DNA of 64,000 nucleotides, taken from the IMG/VR virus record IMGVR_UViG_3300045988_080466; one strand, 5' to 3'. The notes under the pieces were generated by a model. It was not told the origin of the DNA and ran no database searches. It worked only from the letters and a program-made list of their open reading frames with translations. The translations under genes were made by a program, and so were the position numbers. Below are positions 9,723-19,137 of the stretch, piece after piece. The stretch's first letter is position 1. The number at the start of each line of letters is the position of its first letter. Source of the stretch: a virus.

Positions 9723-9975
9723 TTAAATAGTTTATTAGAGAGTTCAATACGTCTTTATCTGCTTCTGAATAGAAAGCCTTAATCAATTCATCTCCTTCAT
9801 AAACTGCAACAAACGGAGTCATTCTGGCTCCGCATGATGCTTTTAGTTTATATGCTTGCTTCTTTTCTTTATAGCTTTCTTCATCGAACATTTCCAGAAA
9901 GATTCCAGACAAATTTGCGTCTAGTATCCTATCTGCATCAGAAGGATTACTATAAACAAATTTTACTGTTACCAT
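9703..9975 (-). CDS. thioredoxin/glutaredoxin-fold-like protein lacking a CxxC motif (tentative)
   Basis: 90 aa; C-terminal [17 protein letters not shown] resembles Grx/NrdH strand-turn; no redox cysteines. Confidence 0.3.
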   Translation of the reverse strand: MVTVKFVYSNPSDADRILDANLSGIFLEMFDEESYKEKKQAYKLKASCGARMTPFVAVYEGDELIKAFYSEADKDVLNSLINYLNEGTSN

Positions 9976-10442
9976 TCTTCGTCTATTATTACAAGCTCAA
10001 CACTAGTATAATCCCCAGTTGAACAATAGAACTCAAACACATCGCTATTATCATAAAGGTCGTAAATACTACCGAAACGGTCATCAGCCATTGTATCCCA
10101 ATCAACATAGCATCTTACATGTTCGGGAACTGTACGTTTTTCTTCCCAGAGATAATCATCTTTAGCGTTCTCTAACATAGTGTCTATATCATCACTGTTA
10201 CAAACTTTATATGTTTTTGAAATTCCCTCTTCTTCATTTTCATAACAAACCTCACGGTCGTCATAATCATCAGTTGTAATCATTTGAAGAATATCTTTGA
10301 TGTCCTCTTCTGGAGTTTCTTCGTTGAATCTTTTGTCATGTAGGTCTAGTACTGCAACAACTCTCCAAGGTTCGTCAAAAAGTTCTCTATCTTCAATATA
10401 ATTAGCCATAAACACGAGGGTCTGTTCTCTTTCAGTCATCAT
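9969..10442 (-). CDS. hypothetical acidic protein (157 aa)
   Basis: ORF in array; very Asp/Glu rich. Confidence 0.5.
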   Translation of the reverse strand: MMTEREQTLVFMANYIEDRELFDEPWRVVAVLDLHDKRFNEETPEEDIKDILQMITTDDYDDREVCYENEEEGISKTYKVCNSDDIDTMLENAKDDYLWEEKRTVPEHVRCYVDWDTMADDRFGSIYDLYDNSDVFEFYCSTGDYTSVELVIIDEEW

Positions 10443-10454
10443 TTTCGTAAATTT

Positions 10455-11873
10455 TTATTGTAATAAATGAGCATCTTTTCTTGTTCTAGACAGAGCAACA
10501 TATTGCAACTGCCGTCTTTCATCTTCATCTTTACAAAGGTTGATATTCTTCATATCAACAAAAACCTCACCATAAGAACTTCCTTGAGACTTATGCGTTG
10601 AGCAAGCATAGCCATAGTCGAACGATTTTTTCCTAATCAATCTTCCATCATAGTATAAATCGACTGGAGTAGTGAAACTTCCAATAAGTTTATAATATTC
10701 ACTCCAAGCGGATTTAGATTGTTGCATCCGCCCTGCTTCTTTAAGATTGATAGCTTGTAATCGTAATCCTTCAATACGTGATGCAAGAGCTTGTTTATAA
10801 TCAGAATCAAGGTCTCTTGCAATCATTGATATTGTAGTTCTATCGTCTGTGGTAGAATCATACATATTCAGTTCATACCCAGGAACTTTCATAAATCCGG
10901 GTATATAAATGTCACGCTTTACTGGCTCGTCTACTATAATATAATCCATAGAGTTCCAGAATTTAACTCCGTTAAACTCGAGATTCTCATATCCAGTTAA
11001 GAACTCAAACTGATGATATTCAACAGTTCTTGCATCTTCCCAGATTACTCGTCTGATACAGTTGTTATAACTGGCAACCATAGCATTTGTATACGCTAAT
11101 ATCTTAGTTGCCAATATATCTCCATTTCTCATAGCCTTCTTGTAAGCTGGCACTGCGGCCTTTAAGAATGGAACAACATCAGAATGACAATATAGAGAAC
11201 CCTCCTCTGATTCTACAGAGTGAAACCAATCAATGGTTTTGCTCCTCAAGGTAGTTAATATAGGCATCAAGGCATTATTCTCTGCCTGCCTATAAACCTT
11301 AGTAAGAGTGTATTTGTCTTCCAAGTTAAATACTTTGGAAGTGGTAAGTGAATTAACCGGACGTAACTGACATTTATCTCCTACAAAGATAACCTTACAA
11401 TTAAATGCGGCACATTTCTCAATCAACAAATCAAATAAATCATCATTTATCATTGAAGATTCATCGCATATAACTACTCCACCTCTCGGCATTTGTATTC
11501 GTCTATCACTTACTCTAAACTTTAAATCTTTGAAATCCAAGGCAAGGATTTCTATGTTTGGAGATAATTGTAGCAATTGATGTAGAGTAATTGCATTTCT
11601 GTCGGCAAACCTGGATAGTACCAGTTTAGCTTTATGAGTTGGAGCACATAAAGCATAATCCATTTCCAATTCTGAATCCATATATTCAATAAGGTTTCTC
11701 ATTAGAAAACTTTTACCTGTACCTGCTGCCCCAATTAATGAAAATGCTCTCTTAGATTTATCTAATAAGAACCTTTCCATTAAATCCAATGCTTCTCTTT
11801 GCTGTTCTCCTAATTGAGGTTTCTCTGTTTCTACTCCTATGTTTGATAGTGTGAAATTAAACATACTATGCAA
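10455..11873 (-). CDS. SF1B DNA helicase (Dda / RecD-like)
   Basis: Walker A GAAGTGKSF, Walker B VICDESSMI, C-terminal STHKSQGSSY and YVALSRTRK motifs. Confidence 0.85.
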   Translation of the reverse strand: MHSMFNFTLSNIGVETEKPQLGEQQREALDLMERFLLDKSKRAFSLIGAAGTGKSFLMRNLIEYMDSELEMDYALCAPTHKAKLVLSRFADRNAITLHQLLQLSPNIEILALDFKDLKFRVSDRRIQMPRGGVVICDESSMINDDLFDLLIEKCAAFNCKVIFVGDKCQLRPVNSLTTSKVFNLEDKYTLTKVYRQAENNALMPILTTLRSKTIDWFHSVESEEGSLYCHSDVVPFLKAAVPAYKKAMRNGDILATKILAYTNAMVASYNNCIRRVIWEDARTVEYHQFEFLTGYENLEFNGVKFWNSMDYIIVDEPVKRDIYIPGFMKVPGYELNMYDSTTDDRTTISMIARDLDSDYKQALASRIEGLRLQAINLKEAGRMQQSKSAWSEYYKLIGSFTTPVDLYYDGRLIRKKSFDYGYACSTHKSQGSSYGEVFVDMKNINLCKDEDERRQLQYVALSRTRKDAHLLQ

Positions 11874-11894
11874 ACAATAGTGTTAACAATACTA

Positions 11895-12056
11895 TCACAT
11901 TAATGACAGTTTTATACGGATATATGTCCATATCTCTCTCTCCAAGTCATAGTATTTCCTCAAATAATCTCTCCCTACTGGATTAAGTACAAATATAGAA
12001 GTTAATACCATATTCGCAATCCATATCCATACAATGATTTGTGCTATTAAAACCAT
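11895..12056 (-). CDS. small membrane protein (53 aa)
   Basis: Below track cutoff; MVLIAQIIVWIWIANMVLTSIFVL... hydrophobic N-terminus. Confidence 0.35.
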   Translation of the reverse strand: MVLIAQIIVWIWIANMVLTSIFVLNPVGRDYLRKYYDLEREIWTYIRIKLSLM

Positions 12057-12083
12057 AATGCTATATAATAAAAAAGAGCGGTT

Positions 12084-12581
12084 CTACACGAACCACTCTC
12101 TCCAAAATAAATTAGTAATATCTTCTAATACATAAAGACCTGCTTCTTCATATGTTTTATTAACTTTATACATTTTCTGATTGGTGTTAGGATTATCAAG
12201 TGGGCCTAATTCCTCAATATACGGTCCTAACTTAATAAAATCATACTCCCCCAGTCTTCTTTCTAAACCAAGCGGTAATTGTTCTCTTCCAGAATACCAT
12301 GCTGTTTTGAGAGAAGGATAAAGAGCTCTTATATGCTTGCATAGGTAATAAATGTCCATAGGATTGGAATCTCCTCCCATAAAAGCCACACAGGTTATTC
12401 CTTCATTCTTGTTAATCAGACAATCTAGTTCGCTGTGAGTCAATTCCTTACCAATATCCTCTGCCAAGTAAGAACTATGACAGCCCTTACAATGACATGG
12501 ACAATTAGAAATGTTTATACAGAGAGTTACCTCAAGAGGAATCTCTCGTAGTGTTACTGCTGTGTCTGTATATTTAAGCAT
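12084..12581 (-). CDS. nrdG: anaerobic ribonucleotide reductase activating protein (radical SAM)
   Basis: CPCHCKGC cluster (CxxxCxxC); small size; overlaps the nrdD stop. Confidence 0.85.
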   Translation of the reverse strand: MLKYTDTAVTLREIPLEVTLCINISNCPCHCKGCHSSYLAEDIGKELTHSELDCLINKNEGITCVAFMGGDSNPMDIYYLCKHIRALYPSLKTAWYSGREQLPLGLERRLGEYDFIKLGPYIEELGPLDNPNTNQKMYKVNKTYEEAGLYVLEDITNLFWREWFV

Positions 12582-14784
12582 TTGTATATCCTAATTTAGA
12601 ATTGTCTACTGTGTAAGTAAGAGAATTGTACACTCTATGTGTTTGCTCTTCTTGTCTGCCTGCTGACCAATTCTTTATCTTAGTAAGATAACCAATGATT
12701 CTGTCATACATATCTATGTGAGTGCTTCCACACTTAGGACAAGTAGTAACAGGAACCTTAGTAATGAACCCACAATCTTGACATTCAGAGTTTGGAACAT
12801 TAAATGTTAGATAACTACATCCAACAGTGGCAGCATAGTTGAGTAACAGACTTGCCTGATTCTTAGTAGGATGTTCGGATAGATTAATATGAGCTGCACT
12901 ACCTCCGTCTAACCAATCACCAACATATTCACTTCCATGAAGTTTGATTTTCTCCAAGATTGAACTGTTAGATTCTGGTAAAAATACATAAGAAGTATAT
13001 AAGTTTCTTTCTTTAGGAACCCAATACCCATCAGCTTTATCCCAGTTGTAATTCTTCACAGCTAAAGATTCAGCAGGAACCAGTTCAGTGTTGAACATAG
13101 TTTTCTTAGTATTATGGAGTTGATTTTGCTCTTTGATAGTTCCGAAAATAAGATTACAGAACTCTTTGTACTCATCATTGTCACTACATTCAATTCCCAA
13201 GAACATTGCAGCTTCATTCAATCCATTTAAGCCAATGGTTAAATACTGATTATTCAGGTTGATAAATCCAGCTTCATATACAGGCAACAAATGTGCATTA
13301 TATAAGTCCCAAAGTAGCTCATTGTAAGCTGTATGATACTTATAGACTCTGTCTAAAATATTGGTTAGATACTCTTTTACCTCTGGATAGCAATGCTTGC
13401 TGAGTTGTGTTCCCGGAATAGGACATTCATCTTTAGTTTCTCTTATAAAATTCTGAATAATTCTATTCAGGTTAAGAGTAATTACAGATTTAGAACCAGT
13501 TTGTTCTCCAACCAATCCATTAGTAAATGTAAATTCATTAGATTGGAGTTTATTCTTTAATCGGCAGCAACTTGATAAAGAGTCCACACTATCACTTATA
13601 TAAGTAAAGAATGAATGTCCTTCTGCATACTCTTCTGAAACAAATTGTTCCCATTCCTTATCTTGAAACTCTCCGTCCTTATAAAGAAGAGATACTGTTT
13701 CTACTGGGAATGTGAGCATACAACGAAGTCTCTCTTGATTAAACCACTTCATAAATTTCTTTTGAAGCCAGTTAAGAGAATTCCATTTTGGAGTATCTCC
13801 ATCAGGGAATACAAAATGTCCATACATTCCTTCAAAGTAAGGTTTATCAAAATAACTTACATTCCAGAAAGCTGATTGAAAACCTCTTGCTGCTGCCGGC
13901 TGATTCACAGAATATACGATTTGTTGGAAGTACTGTTCTATTTGCTTACCGATAGTACCTTCGTCAATCTTATTTCCATTTTCGTCTTCGTGCCACCTAC
14001 GCTTAGCGTTATCACCATCAGCATATTTAAAATAATAATCACCCCATTTCTTACGAGCAAAGTGGTCAAACATTACTAAGAAACTTGCAGTTGCAACAGC
14101 TCCCGCAAATTGGGAAGATACAGCAAATATCATATTTACAAACATTCCACAAAATGAATCAAGGTTCTTTGGAGATGCAGATAAACCACCAATTCCCTTA
14201 ATTCCGCCTTGCAGGAATGGATAACAGGATAAAGCTACACAATATGGGAATCCAAATGTAGAATTTTCATCATGTTTATAGATGATATGGCTCTTTAAAT
14301 CTCTTTCATACTGTTTGTAGTCGAAATCAGGATATAGTACTTGAAGTTTCTCCTTTACTCTATACCTATTAAGGTCTATATTATTACTTTTATATAGCTC
14401 ATTGTTAAGTACCGCAATATTCTTATTGGCAACATTTGAGTTATCATCAACTTCTGAGCCTTCCGCTGCATTAGAAGCCTTCATAAATTCTTTTATAAAT
14501 TCTTCTCTTTCTCTCACATTCTCACGAACACGAGCTCTGTTTTCTCTATATAAGATATAAGCTTTAGCAACATCAGGGAAATCAAAGTCCATAAGAATCT
14601 CCTCTATCTGGTCTTGTATGTCCTCAATCGTTATTTCATCCCATACTTCAATAGAATCTAAAATATCCTCGACAGTATCTTCTTGTGGTGTGTATCCGCA
14701 AGCACTAAATGCTTTCAGGACTGCAATTTTGATTTTTGAGGCATTGAAAGCCTCGCTTGTTCCGTCTCTTTTTATTACGTTCAT
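12574..14784 (-). CDS. nrdD: anaerobic ribonucleoside-triphosphate reductase
   Basis: N-terminal ATP-cone VIKRDGTSEAFNASKI; C-terminal Zn site CQDCG...CPKCG followed by glycyl-radical-type RIIGYLT; 736 aa. Confidence 0.9.
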   Translation of the reverse strand: MNVIKRDGTSEAFNASKIKIAVLKAFSACGYTPQEDTVEDILDSIEVWDEITIEDIQDQIEEILMDFDFPDVAKAYILYRENRARVRENVREREEFIKEFMKASNAAEGSEVDDNSNVANKNIAVLNNELYKSNNIDLNRYRVKEKLQVLYPDFDYKQYERDLKSHIIYKHDENSTFGFPYCVALSCYPFLQGGIKGIGGLSASPKNLDSFCGMFVNMIFAVSSQFAGAVATASFLVMFDHFARKKWGDYYFKYADGDNAKRRWHEDENGNKIDEGTIGKQIEQYFQQIVYSVNQPAAARGFQSAFWNVSYFDKPYFEGMYGHFVFPDGDTPKWNSLNWLQKKFMKWFNQERLRCMLTFPVETVSLLYKDGEFQDKEWEQFVSEEYAEGHSFFTYISDSVDSLSSCCRLKNKLQSNEFTFTNGLVGEQTGSKSVITLNLNRIIQNFIRETKDECPIPGTQLSKHCYPEVKEYLTNILDRVYKYHTAYNELLWDLYNAHLLPVYEAGFINLNNQYLTIGLNGLNEAAMFLGIECSDNDEYKEFCNLIFGTIKEQNQLHNTKKTMFNTELVPAESLAVKNYNWDKADGYWVPKERNLYTSYVFLPESNSSILEKIKLHGSEYVGDWLDGGSAAHINLSEHPTKNQASLLLNYAATVGCSYLTFNVPNSECQDCGFITKVPVTTCPKCGSTHIDMYDRIIGYLTKIKNWSAGRQEEQTHRVYNSLTYTVDNSKLGYTNA

Positions 14785-14821
14785 AGATATATAATTGTTT
14801 ATATTGTGCCGAAATGCTTTA

Positions 14822-14852
14822 CAAAGATAGTAAAAAATTTCGACACTTCAAA
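14822..14852 (-). promoter_or_regulatory. Bacteroidota sigma-A-type promoter (-33 TTTG / -7 TATCTTTG) for nrdD-nrdG
   Basis: Minus-sense TTTG (14849-14852), 19-nt spacer, TATCTTTG (14822-14829); about 38 nt upstream of the nrdD ATG. Confidence 0.75.
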
Positions 14853-14860
14853 ACAAATTG

Positions 14861-15637
14861 CTATACTGTTAAGATGTCCTTTAGTAGTAAAGTTTTCTCA
14901 ACTTTATTCATTATATCTTTTCCTCCATCATTGCTGATTAATTGAGTAAATGCATTATATACAGTGAACATATTTACTGGCTGGTCTTCTGGAACATAAT
15001 ATTCGGATTTCTTGTCAAACAATAGTTTATAAGCATCTATTGGAGTACTAGTTGCTAGTTTGACTTTACCATATCCAGAGTCATATGCCATGTTAATAGA
15101 GTTTCTCACCCACATTCCAAGATTTCTCTCGATTTGTTCATCAGTTCTTTCAAACTCTGTTTTATGCAGTTTCTCTAGCCAGACTTTCATATCATTAGTC
15201 TGTTCCATTAAAGTGGTTACAGGTCTATAATTGATAGCTTTCTCTGGCGACAATTCCTGAATACTTAAGAAAGAAGGATTAAACACGCAGAGGTTAGTAC
15301 AAGCTCTGTTAAGTCCACCTCTATATATCTTTACAACTGGTTTGCGTACATCTAATCCATATATAAAACCAACTACTTCATCGTGATTGTCAAATGAATA
15401 TTCTTCTGGCATTACTGCCTGTATCCATACACGATTGTAAGTAACATCATCTACATCTATTCCTCCGTCTTTGGTTTTAGTTATCTGGTCTGGTAGTTTT
15501 ACTTGAATTCTAAAATCATCAGTAAACTTTGACATTCTTTCTAAGAAAGGTGTTACGTATGCTTCGGTTTTAAAGTACTCATTGTCTTTAATAACAGTAG
15601 CTTTACCTTTCAGTAATTCAGGCAGTGTGATTTCCAC
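14861..15637 (-). CDS. conserved hypothetical protein (possibly DUF932/DUF3871-like)
   Basis: 258 aa; GGLNRACTNLCVF segment recalls DUF932/DUF3871 phage and conjugative-element proteins (from memory, weak). Confidence 0.5.
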   Translation of the reverse strand: MEITLPELLKGKATVIKDNEYFKTEAYVTPFLERMSKFTDDFRIQVKLPDQITKTKDGGIDVDDVTYNRVWIQAVMPEEYSFDNHDEVVGFIYGLDVRKPVVKIYRGGLNRACTNLCVFNPSFLSIQELSPEKAINYRPVTTLMEQTNDMKVWLEKLHKTEFERTDEQIERNLGMWVRNSINMAYDSGYGKVKLATSTPIDAYKLLFDKKSEYYVPEDQPVNMFTVYNAFTQLISNDGGKDIMNKVEKTLLLKDILTV

Positions 15638-16052
15638 TTATATTTAATACTTTCAATGTTGTTCCACGATTTATCATATCTATGAACTGATTGAGGGAAT
15701 CCTCATAATCTTTAATTAAATCTTCCCCGAAGATTGTCTGTATCATGTCTTCATCAAACCTGAAACCTCGATTGTAGGGGTCATACTCAAGATAAATGTA
15801 ATCGGTTATTTCTGAGTACTCTTCCTCAGCTTTTTCCTCTCCAACTAAATAATCCAGAAGAGAATAGGCTGCTTCAAACTTTTGTTGAACGGCCCATAAA
15901 AATTCGCTTTCAATTTCACCTTCCTCTAAATAACATATGTTTACATCTTCCGGATGGATAAAACCGCGGGTTGCTTCACATAGAGAAAAAAGGCAATCAA
16001 TTGCCTCTTCTCCTGCGTGATTTTCTAATATTTCTCTAAACAAATAATTCAT
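15618..16052 (-). CDS. hypothetical acidic protein (144 aa)
   Basis: ORF in array. Confidence 0.5.
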   Translation of the reverse strand: MNYLFREILENHAGEEAIDCLFSLCEATRGFIHPEDVNICYLEEGEIESEFLWAVQQKFEAAYSLLDYLVGEEKAEEEYSEITDYIYLEYDPYNRGFRFDEDMIQTIFGEDLIKDYEDSLNQFIDMINRGTTLKVLNISGNHTA

Positions 16053-17653
16053 TGTAATACAATTCTTCCATCAATAATTTTTGTGCCATCTATGATTGAA
16101 TAATCAGTACAAGCCGGAGTGTTTCCAAAGTTCTTATGAATCCATTCGGAACTTCCAAATAGAGAACCTACTGATTTATATGTAAACCTACGTCCGTAGG
16201 TTGTTGCAGATTGATGTAAATCTCCCTTTACAAATACAACCTTATTTCCGAATATCTGTTTATTATCGAGGTATTCATTAATAAAGTTCTCTGTCTTTAC
16301 ATCTAAAGTCAGAGGAAGATTCTTAAACATATCCTTATTATCCTTTCCATGGCAAAGTACAAATGTTGTGTCTCCTACATTAAATTCTCCAATAAATTTA
16401 TCGAAGATTGTACAGTCTACACCTTTATGAGTAAGGATTGCTTCTAATGCTACATTGGCCGCATATCCAAAGTCTCCATCATGATTCGATTCTCCGACAC
16501 AAATGTACTTCATTTCGTTATAGTTCAAGTGATTTAAGGTATCGAAGAACTCTACCATACACTCGATAAATGTGTGAATTTGTTCTTTGTTACACATATT
16601 TTGCGGAAGAGAATGTCCACCACGAGTGGTTTGCCCATCATATCCGTCAAGAGAATCTCCAAGATTACAAACATAGATGTTATTAAATCCGCCATATAAG
16701 GCGTTAAGTCTAAACAATTCGTCTGCAATCAATCTCAATCTTCTTCCTACTTCTTCCTTGTTGTAAGGATTAGAATAAATCGAAAGAGGAGAAACATACG
16801 CTCCAATGTGCATATCTGACAAATAAATGATAATGTCCTGTTTACCACAAGATTTCTTCGGAGAATACTTGGAGAGATTAGTCAAATTCAATCCATCCAA
16901 ATCAATATGGATTCCTTCTTCAAGCTTTCTCTTTAACTCAATGTTTTCGAGAGCATACTTTTTAAGAAGTAATCTATCGTTCTTTACAGATTGTTCTTCG
17001 ATTGTTCGTAAGAAGTCATTCTCCTTTTCACGCATTTGCATATCTGCCAATTCCTCTTGGGTATGTTCCTCAATAATGTGAGGGGCAAATGGAGATACGG
17101 CTTTAGTAATGCTGAATACACGAAGAATACGTTTGAAGTCAATAAGAGAATATTCAGGGAAATATCTACTTATCTCTCTTTGAGTAATAGACATTCCATA
17201 ATATGAATACATTCGGTGAATGTTGTTCATTTCATCTCTTGTAAGTCTTCCAGTAAGAGGAGCTTTGTCTTTTCTTAAGACTTTAAATTCATAGAACTTA
17301 ATCTTCCCATCTTCGTCACGGATAAGATTAACACTATTTCTATCGTCGTCTGCTTCAAGTTGCACTTGTTCCAGAGTAGTATCATCTGACGTGGATTCTT
17401 CCATTGGAGCTGCCGTTTCTTGAGTGAAAGGAAGTTCCGGACATGAAGTTTTACTCCACAATTCATTGATTTTATCCATATCTTCTTTATTAATCATACC
17501 TTCCTTGTAATGATTACTTATGTTTTCATAAGTGTCTTCAAAATACCTTTTCGGAAGTTTGTTTGATTTAGTAAAATCTGACTTAGATGCTCCAAGTTCA
17601 ACCAGTTGTGATAAACGCGCGATAAAATTAGTAATTGTTTTTTTGTAAATCAT
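16049..17653 (-). CDS. calcineurin-like metallophosphoesterase (Mre11/SbcD-like nuclease candidate) with about 270-aa N-terminal extension
   Basis: Ordered motifs LSDMHIG (DxH), NLGDSLDG (GDxxD), GESNHDG (GNHD/E), LCHGK, GDLHQ. Confidence 0.65.
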   Translation of the reverse strand: MIYKKTITNFIARLSQLVELGASKSDFTKSNKLPKRYFEDTYENISNHYKEGMINKEDMDKINELWSKTSCPELPFTQETAAPMEESTSDDTTLEQVQLEADDDRNSVNLIRDEDGKIKFYEFKVLRKDKAPLTGRLTRDEMNNIHRMYSYYGMSITQREISRYFPEYSLIDFKRILRVFSITKAVSPFAPHIIEEHTQEELADMQMREKENDFLRTIEEQSVKNDRLLLKKYALENIELKRKLEEGIHIDLDGLNLTNLSKYSPKKSCGKQDIIIYLSDMHIGAYVSPLSIYSNPYNKEEVGRRLRLIADELFRLNALYGGFNNIYVCNLGDSLDGYDGQTTRGGHSLPQNMCNKEQIHTFIECMVEFFDTLNHLNYNEMKYICVGESNHDGDFGYAANVALEAILTHKGVDCTIFDKFIGEFNVGDTTFVLCHGKDNKDMFKNLPLTLDVKTENFINEYLDNKQIFGNKVVFVKGDLHQSATTYGRRFTYKSVGSLFGSSEWIHKNFGNTPACTDYSIIDGTKIIDGRIVLQ

Positions 17654-17700
17654 TTTTCAATGTTTTAAGTTAAGCTGTTACGCCTTTAAAGTTTATTAAA

Positions 17701-17740
17701 ATAAAAAAGGAGTCCGCCTAAATTAATAGACGAACTCCTC
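17701..17740 (-). terminator. rho-independent terminator (minus strand)
   Basis: AGGAGTCCG...CGAACTCCT stem (1 mismatch) followed in minus sense by TTTTTTATTTT; just downstream of stop at 17765. Confidence 0.6.
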
Positions 17741-17764
17741 TGGGGCTGTATTGATACATAGAAG

Positions 17765-18316
17765 TTATGCTACAATACCAAAGCAAAGGTATGTTCCTTT
17801 CTTAGCACTCTTAGATGGAGTATATTCTACCTCAAATGCGATAGGTTCTCCTTCAAGTACTTGTTTTGTGTAAGTGCAAACGATGTCACCTTTATAACCT
17901 TTGTCAGTGTAAAGGGATTTTGCGATTTCTTTAGCCTTAGCTTTTGTTTCGCTAGTTTCAGCGATAACAGAGCCAGTTTTCTTATCAATCAACTGATAAG
18001 TAGTTTTGTATTTACGTTTACCTTTTTCGTTCTTTACGTCATTTACTTTGTAAGGACGTTCACGAGTGTCAGCAGCTCCGGCTTCGATTGTAATCATACA
18101 ACCTGCGTTCTTTACATTCTTAGTGTGTTTTGCAAGATAATCCAGACAGAACTCTTTGATGTCCTTTTCTGTGATTCCACCTTCGTGGTTTTTCTTCCAA
18201 TTCTTGTACGCTTGAGTTGCGTCTTTCATTACTTCAAATGGTAATTGAGCCTTTGCTTCTTCTTTAGTAAATGCACATACTTCTAATTTCTGGAAATTCA
18301 ATACTTGTGTTGCCAT
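17765..18316 (-). CDS. Lys-rich hypothetical protein (183 aa) in its own promoter-terminator unit
   Basis: ORF flanked by two consensus promoters upstream and a terminator downstream; no motif recognised. Confidence 0.6.
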   Translation of the reverse strand: MATQVLNFQKLEVCAFTKEEAKAQLPFEVMKDATQAYKNWKKNHEGGITEKDIKEFCLDYLAKHTKNVKNAGCMITIEAGAADTRERPYKVNDVKNEKGKRKYKTTYQLIDKKTGSVIAETSETKAKAKEIAKSLYTDKGYKGDIVCTYTKQVLEGEPIAFEVEYTPSKSAKKGTYLCFGIVA

Positions 18317-18371
18317 AATTCAAAAAATTTTTTAAACATTATTCTTATTAATCATCTTCTATTTATTGTTA

Positions 18372-18403
18372 CAAAGATAGTCATTTTTCTGTAACTCACC
18401 AAA
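18372..18403 (-). promoter_or_regulatory. Bacteroidota-type promoter (proximal)
   Basis: Minus-sense TTTG (18400-18403), N20, TATCTTTG (18372-18379). Confidence 0.75.
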
Positions 18404-18480
18404 CTAATTTGGTAAATAAATCTTAATAAAGTATAATCTAATTCTTGAATTATCTATAATGTTCTTCCGAAGAAGTGATA

Positions 18481-18511
18481 CAAAGATACTACATTTTTTC
18501 GAGGTTGCAAA
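18481..18511 (-). promoter_or_regulatory. Bacteroidota-type promoter (distal, tandem)
   Basis: Minus-sense TTTG (18508-18511), N19, TATCTTTG (18481-18488). Confidence 0.7.
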
Positions 18512-18547
18512 ACCTCACTTGTTAAAAAGTGTGAAAATAAATTTATA

Positions 18548-18772
18548 TCAAATTTCTTCAATAGGATTTGGAGGAAAGCAAAAGCTGTTATTACACATTT
18601 GTTTCCATGTGATTTCGCTCTCCTCATAGAATTTATCCACTATTTCATCATTACGCTTTTCTATAAGACCCGCAGCCCATAAAAGCTGATGAAATCTTAG
18701 TTCGGGATGTTGTGCCATTAACTCTGTTAATCTACAGATAATAGCTTTATTATACATCAACGTTCGCGTCAT
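18548..18772 (-). CDS. hypothetical protein (74 aa)
   Basis: ORF in array. Confidence 0.45.
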   Translation of the reverse strand: MTRTLMYNKAIICRLTELMAQHPELRFHQLLWAAGLIEKRNDEIVDKFYEESEITWKQMCNNSFCFPPNPIEEI

Positions 18773-18774
18773 AA

Positions 18775-19137
18775 TTAAAAGGGTAAATATTCGTGAAGTA
18801 TCTTTCCAATCTGTGTCGCCATTTCAGCCGGAGTTTTAATTCCGAATGTGGGGAACTCTGTACAGCCATACATAAAGTCCTCACACATAATAGCTAGCCC
18901 CTTTATAAACTTCTCTGGAAGGGGGTCTTTGGCAGTAATCTGCATTAGTATTTTATAAGGAGTGATATCTGGTCTCTGCTGTTTGGCTTTCATAGTCAAA
19001 TGGCAAGTCAGAGCAATCACCGCAAATTTATTACTGACGTCAACATTCAGGTAGCCGAGCGAGAAGTTGTCGGCATAAAGCTGTTTCATTTCATCATACG
19101 TCATATCGTAATATTCCATTAAATAGGTGTCTCCCAT
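18775..19137 (-). CDS. hypothetical protein (120 aa)
   Basis: ORF in array. Confidence 0.5.
   Translation of the reverse strand: MGDTYLMEYYDMTYDEMKQLYADNFSLGYLNVDVSNKFAVIALTCHLTMKAKQQRPDITPYKILMQITAKDPLPEKFIKGLAIMCEDFMYGCTEFPTFGIKTPAEMATQIGKILHEYLPF

Noticed and set aside
14806-14848. 10-bp inverted repeat GTGCCGAAAT / ATTTCGACAC enclosing the nrdD promoter -7 box, as an operator or terminator
   Set aside because: It has one mismatch, no U-tract and no second copy elsewhere in the window. The evidence is too thin to call a regulatory site.
18501-18516. GAGGTT-GCAA-AACCTC hairpin as terminator for gene 18548..18772
   Set aside because: No U-tract follows it in minus sense, and it overlaps the -33 element of the distal promoter. 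It may be incidental.
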